Of a DNA stretch of 33,329 nucleotides, positions 26,905 to 33,329 are shown piece after piece. The notes under the pieces are model-generated. The model saw only the letters and a list, made by a program, of their open reading frames with translations, was not told where the DNA came from and made no database searches. A program made the translations under genes and the position numbers. Every line of letters begins with the position of its first letter. Position 1 is the first letter of the stretch. Source of the DNA: a virus (Duplodnaviria; Caudoviricetes); the IMG/VR virus record IMGVR_UViG_3300012031_000043, positions 1 to 33,329 of that record; one strand, given 5' to 3'.

Positions 26905-28298
26905 TGAACGAGTTAAACTTACACAACTACCAACGGGCAACCGTTGAACACATACTTACCAACCACGCATGTGGAGTGTTTCTGGATATGGGTTTAGGCA
27001 AGACTATCTCTACGCTCACCGCTATTAAGCGCCTTAAGTTCGAGGAGTTCGAGATTGACGCTGCGCTGGTCATCGCTCCAAAACGGGTCGCTGAATCGGT
27101 GTGGTCGGCAGAAGTGGAGAAGTGGGCACACCTCAAGGGCTTGCGCATATCTAAGATCATAGGTACCGAGCGGCAGCGTAAGGACGCGGTACGGGTCAAG
27201 GCTGACATCTATATGTTAGGACGCGATAACGTGGTTTGGTTTCAGTCTATGTACCAAAGCCTTAGGGTTCTCGGGGAAGACGTTATGCTGGTGGTTGACG
27301 AATCGAGCTCGTTTAAAAACCCAAAGAGCCAACGCTTCAAGGCCCTGAAGCACTTGCAGCCCTACTTCACTAGAATATGCATCTTAACAGGTACGCCCGC
27401 GCCTAACGGCCTTATCGACTTATGGTCGCAGATATGGCTGCTGGATCGGGGGGAGCGGCTCGGTAAAACGCTGACGGGTTTCAGAGACAAGTACTTTAGT
27501 CCGGGTAAGCGTAACGGACATATCGTGTTCAACTACAACGCTCAAGAGGGCAGCGATACCCTCATCCACGACGCTATAGGGGACATCTGCATATCTATGA
27601 AGGCTGAGGACTATCTCGATATGCCGCCCGCTATTTACAACGATATAAGCCTTGACCTGGGGGCCGCGGTTATGAAGCGGTACACCGACTTCGAGCGCGA
27701 CAAAGTACTAGAGCTCGTTAGCGGGATAGACGAGAGCGGCGAGGTTTCCGCGCTTAATGCGGCAGCCCTATCAAACAAACTGCTGCAATTCGCTGGAGGG
27801 GCGGTGTATGATGAGGAGCGCAACGTCCACACTATCCACGCGGTTAAACTCGAAGCCGCGGAGGAGGTTATCGAGGCGGCAAACGGTAAGCCCGTGCTGC
27901 TTGCTTACACGTACAAGCACGAGCTGGATAGGCTACTTGTGAAGTTAAAGAAGTACGGCCCCGTGAAGCTCGAGACCGACCAGCATATCAAGGACTGGAA
28001 CGCGGGTAAAATACCTATTTTACTCATGCACCCCGCCTCTGGTGGGCACGGGCTGAACTTACAGGAGGGCTCGAATATTGCGCTGTGGTACTCTTGTAAC
28101 TGGTCGCTGGAACTGTACCAACAGTTTAACAAGAGACTAGACCGACAGGGGCAGCAGGAGCGCGTTACCATTAACAGACTGGTCGCCATTGGAACGGAAG
28201 ACGAGCGAGTAATCGCTGCGCTGGATAGTAAAGCTAATACACAGGAGAGCCTTATGCAGTCGATCAAAGCAAAGATTGACAAGTATTTAAAAAGTTAA
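26904..28298 (+). CDS. SNF2-like SF2 helicase
   Basis: DMGLGKT, VVDESS, LTGTP, GHGLNLQ and QFNKRLDRQGQ motifs. Confidence 0.93.
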   Translation: MNELNLHNYQRATVEHILTNHACGVFLDMGLGKTISTLTAIKRLKFEEFEIDAALVIAPKRVAESVWSAEVEKWAHLKGLRISKIIGTERQRKDAVRVKADIYMLGRDNVVWFQSMYQSLRVLGEDVMLVVDESSSFKNPKSQRFKALKHLQPYFTRICILTGTPAPNGLIDLWSQIWLLDRGERLGKTLTGFRDKYFSPGKRNGHIVFNYNAQEGSDTLIHDAIGDICISMKAEDYLDMPPAIYNDISLDLGAAVMKRYTDFERDKVLELVSGIDESGEVSALNAAALSNKLLQFAGGAVYDEERNVHTIHAVKLEAAEEVIEAANGKPVLLAYTYKHELDRLLVKLKKYGPVKLETDQHIKDWNAGKIPILLMHPASGGHGLNLQEGSNIALWYSCNWSLELYQQFNKRLDRQGQQERVTINRLVAIGTEDERVIAALDSKANTQESLMQSIKAKIDKYLKS

Positions 28299-28364
28299 AT
28301 AATTGTTAAAGCGTATTACACTTTTAAGGTATTGAAGTATATTTGTACCAGCAATAACGCTAAA
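28287..28364 (+). promoter_or_regulatory. Duplicated promoter, copy 2
   Basis: 68/78 identity to 22483-22560. TATATTTG at 28338; GTATTACACT at 28313. Confidence 0.8.
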
Positions 28365-28380
28365 AGAAAATATAGAAATT

Positions 28381-28680
28381 ATGAAATTAACTACATCAAA
28401 AGTACTAGCCTCCAAAATCGAGAAGCTTGTAGCCGACAAGCATCTGAACCGCAACTCTACTGTATTCGACTGGCTTATGCAGGTCTCTAGGGGTTCGCAG
28501 AGAATACGGCCCGTAAACGTGCAGGGTAGGGGTAATTACCGCACTACGTCCGACAGGACGCGCGAAATAACCTCAGCCCTGATCGGGCTAGGTATTGAGT
28601 TCAGACTTACCAACGATGCCCCCCAAGGCGGTAAAACGGGGGCGTTAATAACTATAACTACTAAAGTAAAACAGGTATGA
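28381..28680 (+). CDS. Hypothetical protein with NDAPxGGK motif
   Basis: ATG is 16 nt after promoter copy 2; basic 99-aa ORF. Confidence 0.7.
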   Translation: MKLTTSKVLASKIEKLVADKHLNRNSTVFDWLMQVSRGSQRIRPVNVQGRGNYRTTSDRTREITSALIGLGIEFRLTNDAPQGGKTGALITITTKVKQV

Positions 28681-29096
28681 GTTTCGAGAAACGAATGCAG
28701 GATTTAAGGAACTTCCTAGACATCGAGGACGCCTTGAGCACTAAGACCGAGCAACTACTGCAAGCGGTTGAGCTGGAGCACGCTAAGGCTCTCCTTAAGA
28801 AGCGGGCCGCGGCTAAGAAGGTTGTAACGCAGCAGCGGTTTAGCGTAGAGATTACAGAGCGCGGGACTACTAATGTGGCCGAATTTGAGAACGAGAAGAG
28901 CCTTAACGCGTTTCTCGTTCTCAAGCAGAAAACGCGGGCTAAATACGTTTATGAGGCAGTCGGCGCTCCTTGCATTTCTTATTTAAAGGGTCACCCTGAC
29001 AGGGAGGAGGAGGAGGAGGAGGAGGAGGAGCTGCGCTGGATGCAGAAAGTTGATGAAAAATGTGGGGCGTTTAACGTTAAAATTGGCAGGGTATGA
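28677..29096 (+). CDS. Hypothetical protein with poly-Glu tract
   Basis: ATGA-coupled to both neighbours. Confidence 0.65.
   Translation: MSFEKRMQDLRNFLDIEDALSTKTEQLLQAVELEHAKALLKKRAAAKKVVTQQRFSVEITERGTTNVAEFENEKSLNAFLVLKQKTRAKYVYEAVGAPCISYLKGHPDREEEEEEEEELRWMQKVDEKCGAFNVKIGRV
29004..29030 (+). repeat. (GAG)9 microsatellite
   Basis: Perfect 27-bp in-frame trinucleotide run. Confidence 0.95.
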
Positions 29097-29254
29097 AAAA
29101 AGCAGAGAAGTTTTACAAATGGCTGCTGCGCTGTAAAAGCGTGCATTTGGCCGACAACGAGGCGATGGTTAAGGCCTTCGAGCGGGTGGAAACAGGGAAC
29201 AACAGAGAAGTATTAACGGGGCGAAACCCCAAGATTAAAACTATAAAATTATGA
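29093..29254 (+). CDS. Hypothetical protein, 53 aa (below track cutoff)
   Basis: MKKAEKFYKWLLRCKSVHLADNEAMVKAFERVETGNNREVLTGRNPKIKTIKL; ATGA overlaps at both ends. Confidence 0.7.
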   Translation: MKKAEKFYKWLLRCKSVHLADNEAMVKAFERVETGNNREVLTGRNPKIKTIKL

Positions 29255-29574
29255 AAGAATTACAGATTAGTAGAAAAGTTTACACCCGAGATGAGTTAAT
29301 AATATCCGAAGTAACAACGGGGTATGCAGTAGAGTTGGATAAAAGCAGTAAAGTAGGCATAGTTTGGAACGATGAAACAAAAACTAGGGGCTTGCTTTTA
29401 GAAACAGAAAAGGGGGTATGCGTCTTAAACAATGACGGCCTTAGTATAGTTAATTGCGGGTTTTTAGTAAATAAAAGCTCGTATCTTTTAGAAAGGAAAT
29501 CCGAAATTAAAGAAGTTTACATCTTTAAGAGTGCTAAAAGAGCATATAAATGGCTGGCGAAACGTAAACAATAA
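29251..29574 (+). CDS. Hypothetical protein, 107 aa
   Basis: Coupled ORF; its last codons overlap the first iteron. Confidence 0.65.
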   Translation: MKELQISRKVYTRDELIISEVTTGYAVELDKSSKVGIVWNDETKTRGLLLETEKGVCVLNNDGLSIVNCGFLVNKSSYLLERKSEIKEVYIFKSAKRAYKWLAKRKQ

Positions 29575-30088
29575 AAAATAGCATTGTTTACAAAAGCAAC
29601 AACCGTAAACAATACATTACTTTATTGTTTACGCTTACCAAATCAATGGCGGCGGCGGTTCGCAGGATTGTAAACAATGTAAACAATGATTTAGGCAAAA
29701 CATTCGAGAACGTAAAAACTAGAAAACGGCACTTTTTAATAAGTAGCCGTTTTTATTTTGCGAAAAAATGAAAGTTTTTAGTTTTTTCTTAAATACTGTT
29801 AAAAACTGTTAAAATAAGCAACTAAAGCAACAATAAGCAACAATCATTGTTTACGCATCAATCCCAACAACGGCGGGGGCTAACTTACTAAGTAAACAAT
29901 ATAAACAATAATAATTAATATTAATATTAATATTAATAATATAGTATTATATAGCTATATAGGATTATAGTATATTATAGAAATATTGAATAATACACTA
30001 TAGCCCTGTAGAGTTCATTGTTTCTTTGTTTACATTGTTGCTTTGAGCCTTAAAACCAACAACGGCGCGGGTTAACAGCGTAAACAAT
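29564..30088. repeat. Iteron array / AT-rich unit B (origin-like)
   Basis: GTAAACAAT forward at 29564, 29605, 29670, 29679, 29892 and 30080 (ATAAACAAT at 29901). ATTGTTTAC at 29583, 29624 and 29846. Variants at 29827-29844 and 30017-30042. AT-rich core at 29910-29995. Confidence 0.8.
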
Positions 30089-30105
30089 AACTTTTTTGCA
30101 ATTTA

Positions 30106-30143
30106 TTTGTTTTTTATTTGAAAAGTGCTGTATCTTTGCTTTT
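30106..30143 (+). promoter_or_regulatory. Promoter of the terminase operon, likely leaderless
   Basis: TTTG(30106)-N21-TATCTTTG(30131)-CTTTT-ATG(30144). Confidence 0.7.
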
Positions 30144-30623
30144 ATGAAACCGAACCGTGACGCCTTGATTAACGAAATGATCTCCGATATTGACTTCGGC
30201 ATGGATCGCGGCGAGGTCATGGCGCGCTTCGTCGCTGAGTGGCATTTGAGTACTAGAACTTTTGACAGGTATTGGCAAGTTGCCAAAAAACAGTTTGAAG
30301 AGGAGCAAAACCAGATAAAACTAGAGAGGCAGGACATCAAAGTTGCCGCTATTTCAGAGCGCACGGAGTACCGCGTTATGAGCAAAGCCGAGCGAATGAA
30401 TGTACTCTCGCAAATGGCTGACGGTACGCTCCAAGTGCAGCGTAACGTGGTGACTAAAGACGGCGTTATGGTAATCTTAGCTCTGCCCGACTACAACGAC
30501 AGAAAGGCCGCTATTGCGGAATTGAACAAAATGGACGGCGAGTACGCCCCGGTGCGAAAAGATCTAACCAGCGGCGGAGAGAAGCTGCCTCCTGTTAACT
30601 TTCAAATCGTTTTGGATGAGTAG
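30144..30623 (+). CDS. terS: Terminase small subunit
   Basis: N-terminal HTH (WHLSTRTFDRYW) and C-terminal 'AIAELNKMDG...KDLTSGGEKL'. Overlaps terL; start ATG30144. Confidence 0.8.
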   Translation: MKPNRDALINEMISDIDFGMDRGEVMARFVAEWHLSTRTFDRYWQVAKKQFEEEQNQIKLERQDIKVAAISERTEYRVMSKAERMNVLSQMADGTLQVQRNVVTKDGVMVILALPDYNDRKAAIAELNKMDGEYAPVRKDLTSGGEKLPPVNFQIVLDE

Positions 30624-31944
30624 CGGAGCTGTGAAGCTCTCGAAAAAACAAACTAAGGCTTGGAAACTGCTAAACGACAAAGCTACGCTCTTCATAGGCT
30701 ACGGAGGCGGGGCGTTCTCTGGGAAGTCTTACCTCATGTGCTACTGGCTTACTTTTATGGCTTGTGAGTACTCTGGTACCGCGTGGGGCCTTGGCCGTAA
30801 GGAATTGATAACCTTGAAAAAGACAACCCTAGTAACGCTCTTCAAAGTATTTGCAGAGATCGGACTGCTGAACGAAAAACACTACACCTACAACCAGCAA
30901 CTTAACAAGCTTATTTTTTGGAACGGTTCCGTAATTTATCTAATTGACACCGCATATAAACCCTCAGACCCGCTCTACGAACGTTTCGGAGGACTAGAAC
31001 TAACGGGAGCGGCTATCGACGAGAGCAGTGAGACCGATCCAAAAGCTATAGACATACTTTTTACCCGTTTAGGCCGCTGCTTAAACGAAAAATACAAACT
31101 TACTAAGAAGTTACTTGAGACCTTCAACCCTGCTAAAACGCACGTCTACAACCGCTATTACAAGCCGTGGAAGGACAACGCCGAGCCCGAGCATAAGAAG
31201 TTTATACAGGCCCTGCCCACCGACAACCCGAGCCCCGAAGTAGCTAGCTACGTCGAAGGAATACTTTTAACGGGGGAGGATTCCACTATTCAGCGCCTTA
31301 TTTACGGAAACTTTGAGTATGATGACAACGTTTTGGCCCTCATCCCTTCCTACGATGACATTTGCGACATTTTCACAAACACTTTTGTAAAAGGTACGCC
31401 GCAAAGGTATTTAAGCGCGGATATCGCCTACATGGGCGCGGACGTGTTCGTAATTACAATCTGGAGCGGGTTTGTAGTGGAGAAGGTTATTGCTATAGAT
31501 AAAATTGATGAGACTGCGATAGGCAATAAATTAATTCTATTAGCGCAAGAGTACAACGTGCCGCACTCTAATATCGTTTACGATGCGGACGGGCTGCGCC
31601 GCTTTACCGCTAACAGCCTTAAGAAGCTAACCGCGGCCAAGCCATTCACGAACAACGCGGCAGCGATTAAAGACAAACAGTTCGCAAACTTAAAGACCGA
31701 ATGCGCGTTCAAGCTAAAGGAATTAATCGAGAAAAAAACGCTGCACGTAGCCTGTAAACACTATTTCAAGCAAATAATGGCAGACCTAGAGAGCGTTAGA
31801 CGCGAACCAATGGACGACGAAATGAAAATAAAACTAGAAAAGAAAAGCAAGCATAAGGAGCGCACGGGCAAGTCCCCCGACTTTTTCGATTCTTTACTGA
31901 TGCGAATGTATTTCGAGGTTAAAAACACGGGGGGTTGGGTATAA
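30616..31944 (+). CDS. terL: Terminase large subunit
   Basis: Walker A GGGAFSGKS, Walker B AAIDE, TFNP, RNase H-like SADIA...D and SPDFFD. Confidence 0.93.
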   Translation: MSSGAVKLSKKQTKAWKLLNDKATLFIGYGGGAFSGKSYLMCYWLTFMACEYSGTAWGLGRKELITLKKTTLVTLFKVFAEIGLLNEKHYTYNQQLNKLIFWNGSVIYLIDTAYKPSDPLYERFGGLELTGAAIDESSETDPKAIDILFTRLGRCLNEKYKLTKKLLETFNPAKTHVYNRYYKPWKDNAEPEHKKFIQALPTDNPSPEVASYVEGILLTGEDSTIQRLIYGNFEYDDNVLALIPSYDDICDIFTNTFVKGTPQRYLSADIAYMGADVFVITIWSGFVVEKVIAIDKIDETAIGNKLILLAQEYNVPHSNIVYDADGLRRFTANSLKKLTAAKPFTNNAAAIKDKQFANLKTECAFKLKELIEKKTLHVACKHYFKQIMADLESVRREPMDDEMKIKLEKKSKHKERTGKSPDFFDSLLMRMYFEVKNTGGWV

Positions 31945-31966
31945 TTAAAAACTAAAAAACTAAAAT

Positions 31967-32104
31967 ATGTTAGCATTTTTAAAAATAATATTCGCAATTA
32001 TAGCGGGTTCGGCAGTCTTAACGTTCCTAGCGTGGTTTATTTTAGCGCTGTTCCACTTCATCAAAATTTACTACGATGCGTACCAAGTTAACAAAAAACG
32101 ATAG
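31967..32104 (+). CDS. Small single-pass membrane protein, 45 aa (below track cutoff)
   Basis: MLAFLKIIFAIIAGSAVLTFLAWFILALFHFIKIYYDAYQVNKKR; A-rich start context; fills the gap after terL. Confidence 0.6.
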   Translation: MLAFLKIIFAIIAGSAVLTFLAWFILALFHFIKIYYDAYQVNKKR

Positions 32105-32555
32105 TTTCATTGCTAGAGCACTAGTTATTGACGTAACTGTGGATGACATCATGGCTGAATTTAACGCTTATGACTGGTTGCAAATTAAAGATGCAAATGA
32201 AACGGAATTGTTAAACGATTTTAAACGCCGCACGGGCTTCAAGTCCGAAGGCAGCACTTTACGCAACCTAGCGTTTCGATTTAAGTTCGAGCAAGCGCTA
32301 AAGAACCTCTCCGCTTTAGTGGAGGAGGTACACGCGTCTTACAACATTCCTGCGACTAAAGGGGTGAATAACGCCGAAATAAACAGGTACTACTACCTCA
32401 AACTTTGGGCCGATAAAAAGGGCATAGCTTTAAACTATAACGAAACGGAACATAATAAAAGAAAACTATTCAACTTTTATACGATATTATTTGATATATT
32501 TGCAGATAAGTTAACGCACTTTAACGCGTTCAACGCTCAAAAAGCAAAGAAATGA
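32076..32555 (+). CDS. Hypothetical morphogenesis protein (possibly tail assembly chaperone-like)
   Basis: Helical 159-aa ORF in the terminase-tail operon; function inferred from position only. Confidence 0.45.
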   Translation: MRTKLTKNDSFIARALVIDVTVDDIMAEFNAYDWLQIKDANETELLNDFKRRTGFKSEGSTLRNLAFRFKFEQALKNLSALVEEVHASYNIPATKGVNNAEINRYYYLKLWADKKGIALNYNETEHNKRKLFNFYTILFDIFADKLTHFNAFNAQKAKK

Positions 32556-33031
32556 TACTAAAACCCATAGATGAAACTTGGACGTGTCCTGCTGCAAATG
32601 CGGACGTTAACGACGTGCTTAAAAACATTTTCGAGTTTAACGGTATTACTTTCATCCAGACCGATGCAGCGGGAGCGTCTATGGATGCAGACCCCTACGC
32701 ATTCTTTGCTGTTAATCGAGTGCTGCTGGTTAGACCTGTAGTCTTAAACGGGGTCAACCGCTATAGCTCGGCACGTTACGACTGCTTACTTACAATAGCA
32801 CGCGCGGTTAGCCCTTCACTAGAAGTGGAGACGGGCAGCGTAGATGGTCAATTTGACACAATCACAAAGGAATTTTTAAACATAGCCTTTTTAAATACGC
32901 TACGCTCTTATTTCAGATGCTGCGACCAAACGGTTACAATTTCACAAGTACGCCCTATTTGGAATAGCACCGTGGCCCTAAAGCGGGTCAACCATAGCGG
33001 CGTGGAAATTACGTTAACTATTGAGATATGA
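32552..33031 (+). CDS. Putative tail completion/terminator protein
   Basis: 159 aa, alpha/beta, 'PY' motif and C-terminal 'SGVEITLTIEI' strand; context. Confidence 0.5.
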   Translation: MILKPIDETWTCPAANADVNDVLKNIFEFNGITFIQTDAAGASMDADPYAFFAVNRVLLVRPVVLNGVNRYSSARYDCLLTIARAVSPSLEVETGSVDGQFDTITKEFLNIAFLNTLRSYFRCCDQTVTISQVRPIWNSTVALKRVNHSGVEITLTIEI

Positions 33032-33329
33032 CAACCGACGAGGCGGTGCAGACCGTTATAATTGACAAGCTCAAAGGGTTAATAATCGAAAACGATATGG
33101 TAGCCACTAGATCACTACTCAACTCGGTTAGGTACGAAAAGAACGAGAGTTTTAACCAGCTAAGCTACGACATTATAGCACTAGATTACATAGTAGGCTT
33201 GAACAACGGTATAGCTCCAGATCAAACGCCCTACCCAAGTATTGAAAATTTACAGAAATGGATAGACGCAAAAGGGCTTGACCTCAACCCGTATGCAGTA
33301 CAAAATTCGATTATAAACAACGGTACATC
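33028..33329 (+). CDS. Putative neck/head-tail joining protein (HK97 gp10-like), 3' truncated
   Basis: MTTDEAVQ...MVATRSLLNSV...PYPSIENLQKWIDAKG...IINNGT; open to the window end; ATGA-coupled to the previous gene. Confidence 0.55.
   Translation, partial: MTTDEAVQTVIIDKLKGLIIENDMVATRSLLNSVRYEKNESFNQLSYDIIALDYIVGLNNGIAPDQTPYPSIENLQKWIDAKGLDLNPYAVQNSIINNGT

Noticed and set aside
29564-30088. CRISPR mini-array (28-bp palindromes, 37-bp spacers)
   Set aside because: The repeats are only 9-bp arms in alternating orientation with irregular periodicity, and the spacers resemble each other. This fits iterons, not CRISPR.
32093-32104. A-AAA-AAC slippery site as a tail-chaperone frameshift
   Set aside because: It lies at about codons 7-8 of the ORF, and the -1 frame stops almost immediately.
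1-33329. Stop-codon reassignment
   Set aside because: All core genes are full length and densely packed under the standard code.

Overview
This window is a near-complete, circularly permuted genome of a tailed dsDNA phage (siphovirus-like). The host is very probably in Bacteroidota, likely Flavobacteriaceae, judged from TTTG-N20/21-TAnnTTTG promoters, A-rich translation starts without Shine-Dalgarno sequences, and a u-spanin. Gene order, almost all on the + strand: tail proteins and tape measure (1-6234); a small reverse-strand membrane gene with a long structured leader; head, tail-tube, portal and adaptor genes (6795-11790); tail fibre and lysis cassette (11787-16628); an APSE-type replication module with Cas4-like DUF2800 nuclease, DUF2815 SSB, PolA, VapE/VirE primase-helicase, VRR-NUC, MTase and SNF2 helicase (16945-28298); then terminase and neck/tail genes (30144-end). 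Both window ends fall inside structural ORFs. No integrase is visible. The most unusual signals are non-coding: (1) a ~285-nt self-closing structured RNA candidate with a tRNA T-arm, between SSB and polA; (2) two homologous GTAAACAAT iteron/AT-rich units with fixed 36-37-bp geometry that bracket the replication module; (3) a duplicated 78-bp promoter with a GTATTAC operator-like box driving two cassettes of small orphan genes, one containing an RHH-like regulator (acr/aca-like layout); (4) a second promoter-driven structured RNA at 6495-6685. All product calls come from motif recognition and synteny, not database searches.
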